A DNA stretch of 32,000 nucleotides from Candidatus Saccharibacteria bacterium oral taxon 488 (GTDB lineage: Bacteria > Patescibacteriota > Saccharimonadia > Saccharimonadales > Saccharimonadaceae), in contig CP047921.1 of assembly GCA_010202845.1 (NCBI GenBank), positions 600,001-632,000 on the forward strand. The letters run 5' to 3'. Of the stretch, positions 1 to 9,640 are shown piece after piece. Under the pieces are notes generated by a model that saw nothing but the letters and a program-made list of their open reading frames with translations, was not told the origin of the DNA and did no database searches. A program made the translations under genes and the position numbers. Position 1 is the first letter of the stretch; each line of letters starts with the position of its first letter.

Positions 1-359
1 TGCCCTAACTCATGACAAAACGCTATCAACCCGACGATTTGACGACCTATTTCTGCATCCTCAAGTCGCTCACGCGGCACACCCAGTCGAGACGACATCC
101 GTGCTATAAGATTCGGACTAGACAGCGTCTCCCTTGTACCGATGACAATCATTGGAATTTTCTCACCATTCCGTGTTTCACCCTCACCACCCCTGAAGTC
201 ACCACTGTTCTCATCAATAACAATTTGCATCTCCTCTAGTGTCCGAGCCGGAAACAAATTCAAGGCGGTCTCGTAAATATCACCTGCTAGCGAATTAATA
301 TACTCACCAAGTGTTTCAACTTTTAATTTTTGCGCTTTTTTGTGCAACAACTCTTCCAT
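1..359 (-). CDS. hypothetical protein, partial (C-terminus lies beyond the left edge)
   Basis: Hand translation of the minus strand from the ATG at 359-357 stays open to position 3 (119 codons: MEELLHKKAQKLKVETLGEYINSLAGDIYETALNLF...GLIAFCHELG). It is absent from the ORF track because no stop lies inside the window. The terminal HELG could begin an HExxH motif, but this cannot be seen. It displaces the plus-strand ORF 12..239. Confidence 0.5.
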   Translation of the reverse strand, partial: MEELLHKKAQKLKVETLGEYINSLAGDIYETALNLFPARTLEEMQIVIDENSGDFRGGEGETRNGEKIPMIVIGTRETLSSPNLIARMSSRLGVPRERLEDAEIGRQIVGLIAFCHELG

Positions 360-400
360 AATAATCTAACTGTAACATATAATATTTATTCCGTCAAACA

Positions 401-1327
401 TCACTCTAAACTACGAATTGCTTCTGCCACCACTTTGGCCGAATGACGCAGTGCCGCCTGTTCGCGCTCATTGAGCGGATATCCAGTCAAGATCTTCACG
501 CCATCCGCACAAATCGTTGATGGCAGGCCGAGCACTACATCGTGCAGTCCATACTCGCCCTCAACCAGTGAGCAGACTGGATAGACCGAGCGTGACGACG
601 AGCGTAGTGCCGAGACAATCTTGGAGATAACGAAACCAATTGCATAATACGTCGACCGCTTGGTCTCGATCACCCGGTACGCCCGCTGACGAATTTTCTC
701 TTCAATGCCGTCGACCATCGCTGGCTTAAATCCCGGATAGTCAGCGAGCGGCACCTCACCGACTTGCGCCGATTCGATTGTCGCAAATGATGAATCGCCG
801 TGCTCCCCTAAAATGTACGCATCAACCTCCCGACTGTGCACATCTAGCTCGTCTGCAATATATGATTTGAGCCGTGAGGTATCGAGTGCCGTCCCCGTGC
901 CAAACACCCGACTCTTTGGCAAGCCCGATTCTTTCAACGCTACATATGTCAGTGCATCAACTGGATTTGACACCACAAGGATATACGGACGAGCACCGTT
1001 TCTCATAATATTTCTCACTGTCCCACGCATAATCTCGGCGTTCACGCCGAGCAGCTCCAGTCGCGTCTGCCCCGGTTGTTGCGGTGCACCAGCGGTGACA
1101 ACCACGATATCATCAGTCTTGATGTCATCATAACTACCAGGCCGCACCACAACACACCGATCAATTCCCATTCCATCAGTGATATCCGCCGCTTGACCCC
1201 ACGCCAGATCGGGGTTACGGTCAATCAGCACGATTTCCTCAACCACACTCCGTAGTGCGCAGGCGTATGCCGCTGTCGCACCGACCATACCGCCCGCACC
1301 GACGACCACCAACTTCTGTTTATTCAT
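401..1327 (-). CDS. ldh: L-lactate dehydrogenase
   Basis: N-terminal Rossmann motif VVVGAGGMVGATAAYA. LDH active-site signature LGEHGDS. The substrate-loop TAGAPQQPGQTR has Q rather than R at the LDH/MDH discriminating position. GGAGA Shine-Dalgarno lies upstream of the ATG. Confidence 0.9.
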   Translation of the reverse strand: MNKQKLVVVGAGGMVGATAAYACALRSVVEEIVLIDRNPDLAWGQAADITDGMGIDRCVVVRPGSYDDIKTDDIVVVTAGAPQQPGQTRLELLGVNAEIMRGTVRNIMRNGARPYILVVSNPVDALTYVALKESGLPKSRVFGTGTALDTSRLKSYIADELDVHSREVDAYILGEHGDSSFATIESAQVGEVPLADYPGFKPAMVDGIEEKIRQRAYRVIETKRSTYYAIGFVISKIVSALRSSSRSVYPVCSLVEGEYGLHDVVLGLPSTICADGVKILTGYPLNEREQAALRHSAKVVAEAIRSLE

Positions 1328-1363
1328 GTCTGTCTCCTGATTTTTTATTGCAATAACCCCTCT

Positions 1364-1392
1364 ACTGTAACGCTATCTCGTTAACTTGTCAA
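1364..1392 (-). promoter_or_regulatory. candidate sigma70-type promoter for ldh (TTGACA-17 nt-TACAGT)
   Basis: The minus strand reads TTGACA (1392-1387), a 17-nt spacer, then TACAGT (1369-1364). This is followed by CAGGAGACAGAC and the ldh ATG at 1327. Confidence 0.45.
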
Positions 1393-1428
1393 ACTGTTCA
1401 TGATAGTCCATTGACAATGTAGCCCATC

Positions 1429-1458
1429 AAAAATCCCCCAGTTTCCCAGGGGATTTTT
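1429..1458 (-). terminator. candidate intrinsic terminator downstream of tuf
   Basis: The minus strand reads AAAAATCCCC-TGGGAAACTG-GGGGATTTTT followed by GATGG. This is an inverted repeat with a U-rich 3' arm, 18 nt after the tuf stop. The G:C part of the stem is only 4 bp, so this is a modest call. Confidence 0.45.
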
Positions 1459-1476
1459 ATGCTTAGGTTATGAAGA

Positions 1477-2661
1477 TTATTTGTTAATCTTTGTTACCAC
1501 ACCAGCACCAACGGTACGGCCGCCTTCGCGGATAGCAAAGTTCAAACCTTGCTCCATAGCGATTGGGGCGAGCAATTTAACCTTGAAGGTTACGGTGTCG
1601 CCTGGCATGACCATTTCTTTGTCAGCTGGCAGCTCAACTTCACCAGTCACGTCAGTGGTGCGGAAGTAGAACTGTGGCTTGTAACCCTTGGAGAATGGAG
1701 TGTGGCGACCGCCCTCTTCCTTCTTCAAGATGTACACTTCAGCCTCAAACTCGGTGTGCGGCGTAATGGTGCCCGGCTTTGCCAAGACCTGGCCACGCTC
1801 AATGTCAGTCCGCTCAATACCGCGCAGCAAGACGCCGGCGTTGTCACCCGCTTGACCCTGATCCAGAGACTTCTTAAATGCCTCAATACCGGTCACCACA
1901 GACTTCTGGGTTGGGCGGATACCAACGATTTCAACCTCGTCGTTCAGCTTAACAACACCCTGCTCAATACGACCGGTTGCCACAGTACCGCGACCCTTGA
2001 TTGAGAAGACGTCCTCAATTGGCATAATGAATGGCTTGTCCATGTCGCGTGGTGGCTCTGGGATGTAGTTATCCATCGCGTCAACCAGCTCCATGATAGC
2101 GTCTTCGTACTTCTCGTCGCCTTCTAGCGCCTTGAGAGCTGAGCCCTTGATAATTGGAGCATTCTCATCAAAGCCGTTCTTAGCAAGCAGCTCGCGAACT
2201 TCTTCTTCGATCAGCTCGACCATATCTGCGTCAGCCATGTCCATCTTGTTAAGGAAGACAACGATCTTTGGCACGCCAACCTGCTTTGCTAGCAGCACGT
2301 GCTCGCGGGTTTGCGGCATTGGGCCGTCGGTTGCCGCAATCACTAGGATCGCGCCGTCAACCTGGGCAGCACCAGTGATCATGTTCTTGACGTAGTCAGC
2401 GTGGCCTGGCATGTCAACGTGTGCGTAGTGACGGTTCGGTGACTCGTATTCTTGGTGTGAGCTGGCGATAGTAATACCGCGCTGGCGCTCTTCTGGTGCG
2501 TTGTCGATCTGATCATACGCAATGGGTTTGTTAACTGCGCTTGGGAGGCGCTTTGCGAGCACTGCCGTAATTGCGGCGGTCAGTGTCGTCTTGCCGTGGT
2601 CAACGTGGCCCATAGTACCGACGTTCACGTGCGGCTTGCTTCGGTCAAATGCATCTGCCAT
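1477..2661 (-). CDS. tuf: translation elongation factor Tu
   Basis: The 394-aa sequence has [10 protein letters not shown] (G1), DMPGHADY (the DxPGH switch II / G3 box) and NKMD (G4), and the full-length EF-Tu domain II/III sequence is recognisable. AAAGGAGAA Shine-Dalgarno lies upstream. Confidence 0.98.
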   Translation of the reverse strand: MADAFDRSKPHVNVGTMGHVDHGKTTLTAAITAVLAKRLPSAVNKPIAYDQIDNAPEERQRGITIASSHQEYESPNRHYAHVDMPGHADYVKNMITGAAQVDGAILVIAATDGPMPQTREHVLLAKQVGVPKIVVFLNKMDMADADMVELIEEEVRELLAKNGFDENAPIIKGSALKALEGDEKYEDAIMELVDAMDNYIPEPPRDMDKPFIMPIEDVFSIKGRGTVATGRIEQGVVKLNDEVEIVGIRPTQKSVVTGIEAFKKSLDQGQAGDNAGVLLRGIERTDIERGQVLAKPGTITPHTEFEAEVYILKKEEGGRHTPFSKGYKPQFYFRTTDVTGEVELPADKEMVMPGDTVTFKVKLLAPIAMEQGLNFAIREGGRTVGAGVVTKINK

Positions 2662-2740
2662 TTGTAGAAGTTCTCCTTTATTTAATTATATTTTCACGCG
2701 GGTACAGTCCATTAAACAGACCTCACGGCGTATGTTCTTG

Positions 2741-2769
2741 ATTATAACTGGTTTGCAAACTGTTGTAAA
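2741..2769 (-). promoter_or_regulatory. candidate promoter for tuf (TTTACA-17 nt-TATAAT)
   Basis: The minus strand reads TTTACA (2769-2764), a 17-nt spacer, then TATAAT (2746-2741). It lies about 80 nt upstream of the tuf ATG. Confidence 0.5.
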
Positions 2770-2782
2770 TAGGGTTTATACT

Positions 2783-3307
2783 ATGAGCATGAGTATCTTT
2801 TCTAAGAAAGTGACACCCGAAGCAGCTCGCGCCGGTGTGTACCCAAAACGATTATCGTATGACGAGCGTCAGGAGCTAAATGCCGAGTATGATCGTCGTC
2901 ATCAAACCAGTCTGCCGAAGCTACCCTCCTTAAGTATCGCCTTCCTTCTAACCATAGCGCTCGCAGCAACCTGGATGTTCATCAAGCTCACCACCTTATT
3001 TATCAAGGCCAGCGGACAGTCTGCCGTCTTTCTATTATTCTTTCTATTTATCTTCATCGCGATCTGCTACGGTGTTACATTTTTCTACGTCAAGCGCACC
3101 CTTGATAGGCTCAGCGTTAGTGGCACAAAATTTGTTATCGTTTACGTCGCACTCGTTAGTGTCGTACTCGGGTGCTGCCACCAACTCGGTGTCGCTCCCT
3201 TTCATACACTTCTGTCACTACCGCTCCCAACTTTGTTAATCTCTGCCGGTGGACACTACGTTGCGACGAGCATACTCGCCAGATGCTGCATCCATTTTGA
3301 ATGGTGA
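2783..3307 (+). CDS. hypothetical membrane protein
   Basis: This is the 3' part of track ORF 2522..3307. The first 87 codons overlap tuf antisense and were trimmed to the in-frame ATG at 2783; an ATG at 2789 is also possible, since TATACT sits 6 nt upstream of it. Hydrophobic stretches include FLLTIALAATWMFIKL, VFLLFFLFIFIAICYGVTFFYV and FVIVYVALVSVVLGCC. Confidence 0.5.
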   Translation: MSMSIFSKKVTPEAARAGVYPKRLSYDERQELNAEYDRRHQTSLPKLPSLSIAFLLTIALAATWMFIKLTTLFIKASGQSAVFLLFFLFIFIAICYGVTFFYVKRTLDRLSVSGTKFVIVYVALVSVVLGCCHQLGVAPFHTLLSLPLPTLLISAGGHYVATSILARCCIHFEW

Positions 3308-3442
3308 TATCAATAATTGTATTATATACAACACTTTCTTAAAGGGGTAGATTGTTGTAATTATTACTTTTTGTTCATTATTTTTCTGAGATGTCGTATA
3401 CTGAAGAATGTGTATCAGTTAATGCTAAAGGAGAAATAATGT

Positions 3443-5269
3443 ATGTGTGGAATTGTTGGCTATATCGGTGAGCGCGAGGCGCAGAACATCCTTGTCGCTG
3501 AACTAAAGCGGCTCGAGTACCGCGGCTATGACAGCGCCGGAATTGTCACCCTGTCGGGTTCTGCCACACCAACCCTGCTGCGCACCAAAGGCAAGGTGGC
3601 AGCGCTGGAAGAGCTCGTCGGACAACATAAGACGAGCGATACGGTCGGCATCGGACACACCCGCTGGGCAACGCATGGTGAACCAAGTAAACGCAACGCC
3701 CATCCACACCATGTTGGTGAGATTTATCTGGTACATAACGGTATCATTGAGAACTACCAAGACCTTAAAACGATGCTTTCTGGCCATGAGTACGAGTTTA
3801 AGAGCGATACCGATAGCGAGGTGTTGGCAGCCCTGATTGACTATCTACGGCGTGACTCACCGGATCTACTGACAGCAGTCACTGGCGCGTTGAAAATGGT
3901 GGTTGGAGCGTATGGCATTGCAGTGCTTGACACCACGAACCCCGAAGAAATTATCGTGGCTCGCCAAGGCAGCCCGCTGATCATTGGCGTCGGAGATAGC
4001 GAAACATATATCGCTAGTGACGCTTCGGCGCTGGTTGGCTACACCAATCAAGTGGTGTATCTACACGATGGTGAAATCGGCCGCTGCACTCGCAGCGGGC
4101 TAGAACTACAGACAATTGAATCGCAAAAGCTTGACGTCAAGATCGAAATGCTCGACATGGATATGCAGGCGATTCAGAAGCAGGGCTTTGACCATTTCCT
4201 CGCCAAAGAAATTTATGAACAGCCAACCAGCCTCACCTCCACCCTGGCTGGCCGCGTACTACCCGACCAAAAATATACGCGCCTGGGCGGTCTCAATATG
4301 AGCGATGATGAACTACGCCAAGTCAAACATGTCATCATCGTTGGCTGCGGCACTGCCTATTTTGCCGGTGTGCAAGCCAGCTACTTTATCGAGCAACTGA
4401 CCGATGACGTGACTATCAGCATCGAGATCGCCAGTGAGCTACGCTACCGCGCATTCAACGTACCTGAACACTCGGTCGCTATGATTGTTAGCCAGAGTGG
4501 CGAAACGGCCGACACCCTTGCCTGCCTGAATGAATTGAAGCGACGTGGCGTTAAATGCCTCGGCGTCGTCAATGCCGTCGGCAGCACAATCGCCCGAGCG
4601 GTTGATGGCGGCGTGTACTTGCACGTTGGCGCCGAGATTAGTGTCGCCAGCACCAAGGCCTTTACCTCACAAGTCGCTGCTCTGACGATCTTTGGTATTA
4701 TGCTCGCCAATGCCAAGGGCACCAACCCACAATTTATTGATGAATTTGTACAAGAATTAGCGATACTGCCAAGCGAGATCCAAAAAGTCCTCGATAAACA
4801 AGGTGCCGAGATACCTTCCATCGCTAGGGCGTATGCTGATTACAATCACGCACTCTATATCGGCCGCGATACGCTGTATCCGATCGCCATGGAGGGCGCA
4901 CTAAAGCTTAAAGAAGTAAGCTACATTCATGCCGAAGCGTATGCCGCCGGTGAGCTGAAACACGGTCCGATCGCCCTGATTGATGATCGTTTCTTTGAGG
5001 TCTGCTATATCCAAGACAACTGGCTGTACGAGAAGTCGCAGAGCAACTTGATCGAGATGAACACTCGCGGTGCCCACGCTATCGTCATCACTGACACGAC
5101 GAAAAAGGTGCCGGGCGAAACGGTGATTCGCGTCTCAACCAGATTAACGCACCTTACGCCACTTCTGTTCAATGTCGTGTCGCAACTCCTAGCCTATCAC
5201 ATGGCTGTCAAGCGCGGCCATGACGTCGATCAGCCGCGCAACCTCGCAAAGAGCGTGACAGTCGAATAA
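3443..5269 (+). CDS. glmS: glutamine--fructose-6-phosphate aminotransferase (isomerizing)
   Basis: MCGIVGY N-terminal nucleophile start, two SIS domains (for example SQSGETADT), and the C-terminal KSVTVE ending typical of GlmS. AAAGGAGAA lies 7 nt upstream. Confidence 0.97.
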   Translation: MCGIVGYIGEREAQNILVAELKRLEYRGYDSAGIVTLSGSATPTLLRTKGKVAALEELVGQHKTSDTVGIGHTRWATHGEPSKRNAHPHHVGEIYLVHNGIIENYQDLKTMLSGHEYEFKSDTDSEVLAALIDYLRRDSPDLLTAVTGALKMVVGAYGIAVLDTTNPEEIIVARQGSPLIIGVGDSETYIASDASALVGYTNQVVYLHDGEIGRCTRSGLELQTIESQKLDVKIEMLDMDMQAIQKQGFDHFLAKEIYEQPTSLTSTLAGRVLPDQKYTRLGGLNMSDDELRQVKHVIIVGCGTAYFAGVQASYFIEQLTDDVTISIEIASELRYRAFNVPEHSVAMIVSQSGETADTLACLNELKRRGVKCLGVVNAVGSTIARAVDGGVYLHVGAEISVASTKAFTSQVAALTIFGIMLANAKGTNPQFIDEFVQELAILPSEIQKVLDKQGAEIPSIARAYADYNHALYIGRDTLYPIAMEGALKLKEVSYIHAEAYAAGELKHGPIALIDDRFFEVCYIQDNWLYEKSQSNLIEMNTRGAHAIVITDTTKKVPGETVIRVSTRLTHLTPLLFNVVSQLLAYHMAVKRGHDVDQPRNLAKSVTVE

Positions 5270-5279
5270 TTCTCTCGCA

Positions 5280-6482
5280 TTAGCGGCGATAATACGTCGC
5301 CAAAAACTCTTCACGAAACTTGTAAAATGTCCCTTTCTCTAGGCTGGCGCGAATATCATCAACTAGTTTGACGATAAATCGTTCATTGTGGATCGACAGC
5401 AGCGTGCCAGCCAGAGATTCGCGGGCATGGAGTAAATGACAGAGATAGGCGGCAGTATAATTCCTGCAAGTATAGCAATCGCAATTTTCCATAATCGGTT
5501 CAAACAGTTCACGGTATTTCTGGCCGCGAACATTGACCCGCCCAAACGGCGTGTAAGCCGCGCCGTTTCTGGCCACACGCGTCGGACTGACGCAGTCAAA
5601 GGTGTCGATTCCCTGTTCAATCGCCGCAAAGATATCGTCCGGCTCGGAAATGCCGAGTAAATGCCTCGGCTTGTTCTCGGGCAAGATTTGATTGACCCAC
5701 TGAATCGTCTGCTCCATGGTTTCCTTTTCCAGTGCGCCACCGATGCCGTAGCCATCAAAATCCATTGCGCCTAAAAACGCAGCCGTTTGCTTACGTAAAT
5801 CTTCATAATTCGCGCCCTGCAGCACGCCAAATAATGCTTGATATGGCTTGTCGGGACGAGCTTCGCGCAGGCGCTTAACCTCCGCCAAGCTCCGCTCCGC
5901 CCAGGCGTGTGTCCGCGCCAAGGCCTCAACTTGATAGTCATACGGATCAATCAGCGAGGTCAGCTCATCAAAGGCGAAGGTAATATCCGCGCCAATGCCC
6001 GCCTGAATCTGCATAGATAATTCCGGCGTAAATTTATGGTATGAGCCGTCCAGATGCGATTTGAACATCACGCCGTTTTCATCCACCCAAGCGTGGCGCG
6101 ACGATTTTTTAGCGATGGCAATTTCCTCATCGACATCAGTGCTCATCGCCAGTACTTTCTTAAAGCCCGAGCCCAGACTTAGCACCTGAAAGCCGCCGCT
6201 ATCAGTGAATGTCGGCCCGTCCCAGTGCATAAACTTGCCCAAATAACCAGCCTTTTCAATCAGTTCATGACCCGGCTGCAAATACAGATGATAAGCATTC
6301 GCCAGCACCGCCTGCGCGCCAACATCCGCCACCATCTCAGGTACCATCGCTTTGACATTAGCCTTTGTACCGACCACGATAAATGCCGGAGTCTTGATAT
6401 CACCATGCGGCGTATGAATAACGCCAGTGCGCGCCAGCGTGCCATCAAGCCTAGACATTATTTCAAAAGAAAACGGTTTCAT
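5280..6482 (-). CDS. tgt: tRNA-guanine transglycosylase (queuine tRNA-ribosyltransferase)
   Basis: TPAFIVVGT, the catalytic DSGGFQ, and the Zn site CDCYTCRNYTAAYLCHL. The start was trimmed from 6569 to the ATG at 6482 (MKPFSFEI...) because the longer form overlaps glgB and a -10 box sits 7 nt upstream of 6482. Confidence 0.93.
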   Translation of the reverse strand: MKPFSFEIMSRLDGTLARTGVIHTPHGDIKTPAFIVVGTKANVKAMVPEMVADVGAQAVLANAYHLYLQPGHELIEKAGYLGKFMHWDGPTFTDSGGFQVLSLGSGFKKVLAMSTDVDEEIAIAKKSSRHAWVDENGVMFKSHLDGSYHKFTPELSMQIQAGIGADITFAFDELTSLIDPYDYQVEALARTHAWAERSLAEVKRLREARPDKPYQALFGVLQGANYEDLRKQTAAFLGAMDFDGYGIGGALEKETMEQTIQWVNQILPENKPRHLLGISEPDDIFAAIEQGIDTFDCVSPTRVARNGAAYTPFGRVNVRGQKYRELFEPIMENCDCYTCRNYTAAYLCHLLHARESLAGTLLSIHNERFIVKLVDDIRASLEKGTFYKFREEFLATYYRR

Positions 6483-6489
6483 TTGATAG

Positions 6490-6498
6490 ATTATATCA
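6490..6498 (-). promoter_or_regulatory. extended -10 (TGaTATAAT) 7 nt upstream of the tgt ATG, leaderless-type
   Basis: The minus strand reads TGATATAAT-CTATCAA-ATG. No Shine-Dalgarno is present. Confidence 0.45.
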
Positions 6499-6521
6499 GT
6501 TTTTTCCGCTACACTATAACC

Positions 6522-8486
6522 ATGAGCAAGAAAACGCTGGTTGACCTTGACCCGTGGCTGGCACCGCATGAACCCGTCATCAAGGCGCGCGAGGCTTATG
6601 TTTCGTCGACGCTGCGGAGGGTTTTGGACGGCAAATCGCCGGCGGATTTTGCGCTAGGATTCCGTCATTTTGGACTGCACCGCACTCAAGACGGTTGGAT
6701 TTTTAGAGAATGGGCGCCAAACGCTACACGCATAGTGATGGTTGGCGATTTTTCTGACTGGCAAGAGCGCGAGGAGTTTGCCCTGCAGCCTGGTAGGCAT
6801 GGTGAATGGAGCGTTAATTTGCCGGGGAGCGCGCTGCGCCACGGTCAGAAATTTAAATTGCGCGTCTATTGGCCGAATGGTGACGGTTGGCGTTTGCCAT
6901 CATACGCCACCTACGTCGTTCAGGATAATGATTCGGTGGATTTTTCGGCCGTCGTGTGGAAGCCTGATGGGCCATATCAGTGGCAGCATGACGTTCCGCC
7001 TGCACCAAACGTGCCGCTAATTTACGAAGCACATGTTGGCATGAGCAGCGAGGAGGAAAAGGTCGCCAGTTTCAATGAATTTACCGCAAACGTCCTGCCT
7101 CGCATCAAACAGGCAGGCTATAACGCCATCCAACTAATGGCCATCGCCGAGCACCCGTACTATGGCAGTTTTGGCTATCACGTCAGCAACTTTTTCGCGG
7201 TGTCGTCACGGTTTGGTACGCCCGATGATTTTAAGCGGCTGGTTGACACGGCACACGGACTGGGGCTGCGCGTTATCATTGACATCGTTCACGCTCATGC
7301 CGCCAAAAATGAAGTCGAGGGCCTCGGTAATTTCGCGGGTGATCCAACGCAATATTTCAAAGCTCACGACCATCCAGCGTGGGATTCGCGGCTGTTTGAT
7401 TATGGCAAACCGGAAGTACTGCACTTTTTGGCCAGCAATTGCCGCTGGTGGTTGGACGAGTACCATATTGACGGCTTTCGGTTTGATGGTGTAACCAGCA
7501 TGTTGTATCACGACCACGGTTTGGGCAAAAGTTTTACCAGCTATGATGATTATTTTACTGATGATGTCGATAAGGACGCCTTGGTCTATCTTAGACTGGC
7601 AAATGACGTCATTCACACCGTTCGCCCCGATGCCACAACCATTGCCGAAGAAATGAGCGGGCTACCGGGGTTGGCGGCACCGGCTGAGCATGGTGGTTTG
7701 GGCTTTGATTATCGATTAGCAATGGGCGCGCCCGACCTCTGGATTAAAACACTGAAGGAAAAGCGCGACGAAGATTGGGACTTGGGCGAGCTGGCGCACA
7801 CCTTACGTTCACACCGCCCAGAGGAAAAAGTCATCACCTACGCCGAAAGTCACGACCAAGCCTTGGTCGGCGACAAGACACTGATTTTCCGGCTGATCGA
7901 CAAAGCCATGTATTGGCACATGAATAAAGCCGACCCTGACCTGACCGTGGAACGTGGCATAGCCCTACATAAACTGATTCGACTGCTGACAGCCGGACTA
8001 CATGGTGGCGGCTACCTTAATTTCATGGGCAATGAATTTGGGCATCCCGAGTGGATCGACTTTCCGCGCCAAGGTAATAATTGGTCGTTCAAGCACGCAC
8101 GGCGCCAGTGGAGTTTACGCGACAATGGTTTTCTCAAATACCAATGGCTAGGTGAATTTGACGCGAGCCTGATGAAGCTCATTAAAACCGTCGACGACCC
8201 AGGTATTCACTACCTCACCATTCACCAGCACGATCACGTGGTTAGTTTCATGCGCGACAATCTGCTGTTTATTATGAATTTCTCGCCCAGCCAGTCGTGG
8301 ACGGGTTACAGCATACCAGCGGCGGCTGGGTCATACCGGGTAGCACTCAGCAGCGACGACCAACAGTTTGGCGGACAGGGCCGGGTTGATCCTAATGGCC
8401 GCTACTTTACGACGCCGCATAACGACGAGCACATTATACGTGTATACATACCGGCACGAAGTGGCCTCGTACTACAAAAAGATTGA
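6522..8486 (+). CDS. glgB: 1,4-alpha-glucan branching enzyme, GH13 (eukaryote-like GH13_8 type)
   Basis: GH13 catalytic regions VIIDIVHAHAA, DGFRFDGVTSMLYHDHG, IAEEMSG and YAESHDQALVGDK. The start was trimmed from 6225 to the ATG at 6522 (MSKKTLVDLDPW...), because the longer form is antisense to tgt. Confidence 0.92.
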   Translation: MSKKTLVDLDPWLAPHEPVIKAREAYVSSTLRRVLDGKSPADFALGFRHFGLHRTQDGWIFREWAPNATRIVMVGDFSDWQEREEFALQPGRHGEWSVNLPGSALRHGQKFKLRVYWPNGDGWRLPSYATYVVQDNDSVDFSAVVWKPDGPYQWQHDVPPAPNVPLIYEAHVGMSSEEEKVASFNEFTANVLPRIKQAGYNAIQLMAIAEHPYYGSFGYHVSNFFAVSSRFGTPDDFKRLVDTAHGLGLRVIIDIVHAHAAKNEVEGLGNFAGDPTQYFKAHDHPAWDSRLFDYGKPEVLHFLASNCRWWLDEYHIDGFRFDGVTSMLYHDHGLGKSFTSYDDYFTDDVDKDALVYLRLANDVIHTVRPDATTIAEEMSGLPGLAAPAEHGGLGFDYRLAMGAPDLWIKTLKEKRDEDWDLGELAHTLRSHRPEEKVITYAESHDQALVGDKTLIFRLIDKAMYWHMNKADPDLTVERGIALHKLIRLLTAGLHGGGYLNFMGNEFGHPEWIDFPRQGNNWSFKHARRQWSLRDNGFLKYQWLGEFDASLMKLIKTVDDPGIHYLTIHQHDHVVSFMRDNLLFIMNFSPSQSWTGYSIPAAAGSYRVALSSDDQQFGGQGRVDPNGRYFTTPHNDEHIIRVYIPARSGLVLQKD

Positions 8487-8528
8487 CCGCGAAGCTATGT
8501 TAGTATGAATACCCTACCATGATCTTGA

Positions 8529-9107
8529 CTACTGTGCTAATTCTTTGACCATCTTAGACAGAATCGGAATGACGTTCATTTCGAACCACGGATTGCGCAC
8601 CCGCCAGCGGAAGTTAAGCGGTGATGGATGGACAAGTGGAAAATAATGAGGCAGATACTCCACATAATGCGCGACTGTTTCGGTCAGGTTGCGCTTCGCC
8701 TGCTTATTAAGATAGTATTGCTGAGCATGAGCACCAACTAAAATCGTCAGCCTCACATCCGGCATCTGTGCTAGCAGCCGTGGATGCCACTTTTTGGCAA
8801 ACTCCGATCGCGGCGGTAAATCACCATGCGCAGCCTTACCTGGATAATAAAAATCCATTGGCATTAGAGCAAACAAATCAGGATCATAAAATTGTTCATC
8901 GGTAACCCCCAGCCACTGACGCAACGTGCGACCACTGGCATCATTCCATGGCGTGCGTGTTTCCTGCGCTATTCGTCCCGGCGCCTGACCAACCAGCACG
9001 ATACGTGAGCGGGGTGAAGCGGTATAGACTGGCGGCCAACCACGAGCGTGAAACGAAGCATTCATACTATCTTGATCGATTTCATCATATAGCAACGGCC
9101 TAGTCAT
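8529..9107 (-). CDS. uracil-DNA glycosylase superfamily protein
   Basis: Motif A-like LVGQAPG and motif B-like HPSPLN in a protein of about 190 aa. The ATG at 9107 is preferred over the GTG at 9110 because of the upstream TGaTATACT. Confidence 0.7.
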   Translation of the reverse strand: MTRPLLYDEIDQDSMNASFHARGWPPVYTASPRSRIVLVGQAPGRIAQETRTPWNDASGRTLRQWLGVTDEQFYDPDLFALMPMDFYYPGKAAHGDLPPRSEFAKKWHPRLLAQMPDVRLTILVGAHAQQYYLNKQAKRNLTETVAHYVEYLPHYFPLVHPSPLNFRWRVRNPWFEMNVIPILSKMVKELAQ

Positions 9108-9113
9108 CACATT

Positions 9114-9122
9114 AGTATATCA
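9114..9122 (-). promoter_or_regulatory. extended -10 (TGaTATACT) 6 nt upstream of the UDG ATG
   Basis: The minus strand reads TGATATACT-AATGTG-ATG. No Shine-Dalgarno is present. Confidence 0.45.
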
Positions 9123-9172
9123 CAATCATTCTATACTGTTCACGCTTCAGACTGCCCTTCGTCAATATTATG

Positions 9173-9181
9173 TGATATATT
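9173..9181 (+). promoter_or_regulatory. extended -10 (TGaTATATT) 6 nt upstream of the ATG at 9188
   Basis: The plus strand reads TGATATATT-GTTCAC-ATG. It is divergent from the UDG promoter within a 77-80 nt intergenic region. Confidence 0.45.
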
Positions 9182-9187
9182 GTTCAC

Positions 9188-9640
9188 ATGGATATAAACT
9201 CAAAAAATATCATAGCCACCTTGATCTCGCTCGGCATCCCACCAGCCTCAGCAACGATCATCCATTGCCTCCTTGTCGCCCCACCGTACCACCATAGCCA
9301 CACGAGCCTGCATGAGCAAACTGGCTTTAGCAAAGCAGCCATTACTGGTGGATTACGCTACCTAGAAACGCTTGACATGATCTCCTACCAAACAGACAGT
9401 TCACGGCGGCAGCATATCGCTCTTGCTATCAAGCCGCTCGTCAGCTACATTCAACAACGTATGTTGCTGTTTGATAAACTGGCTGACGAATTACACGCAG
9501 CGTCAGCCGAACAAGCAGACGGTGAGTTTTCATCGGATATCGCCAGGGTAGCTGAGCTGTGTAGCGCAATCAACGAAACAATTTGGCAGGCTATAACGAC
9601 CTGGGAAGAGCAATATACCTCTACTCATCCATCGAAGTAA
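9188..9640 (+). CDS. hypothetical protein, possible winged-helix DNA-binding protein
   Basis: 150 aa. The N-terminal half (SLHEQTGFSKAAITGGLRYLETLDMISY) resembles a MarR/GbsR-like wHTH recognition helix and wing. The assignment is tentative. Its 3' end overlaps the convergent HD gene by 20 nt. Confidence 0.5.
   Translation: MDINSKNIIATLISLGIPPASATIIHCLLVAPPYHHSHTSLHEQTGFSKAAITGGLRYLETLDMISYQTDSSRRQHIALAIKPLVSYIQQRMLLFDKLADELHAASAEQADGEFSSDIARVAELCSAINETIWQAITTWEEQYTSTHPSK

Noticed and set aside
12-239. Plus-strand 75-aa ORF at the left edge
   Set aside because: It lies antisense to a longer, edge-truncated minus-strand ORF (1-359) that has a well-placed promoter. The plus ORF has no Shine-Dalgarno or promoter and a low-complexity composition.
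2522-2782. First 87 codons of track ORF 2522..3307
   Set aside because: They overlap the tuf 5' coding region and its promoter in antisense. The hydrophobic membrane-protein part begins after the ATG at 2783 or 2789.
3308-3442. Possible glmS ribozyme upstream of glmS
   Set aside because: The region is only about 135 nt, very AT-rich, and lacks the GC-rich conserved core and pseudoknot segments I would expect of the glmS ribozyme. It looks like an ordinary promoter plus AAAGGAGAA Shine-Dalgarno region.
6225-6569. Long N-terminal extensions of glgB (from 6225) and tgt (to 6569) given by the ORF track
   Set aside because: The extensions run antisense through each other's coding sequence and are rich in R/H/C junk-like sequence. 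Conserved protein sequence begins at the ATG at 6522 and the ATG at 6482, each with a -10 box just upstream.
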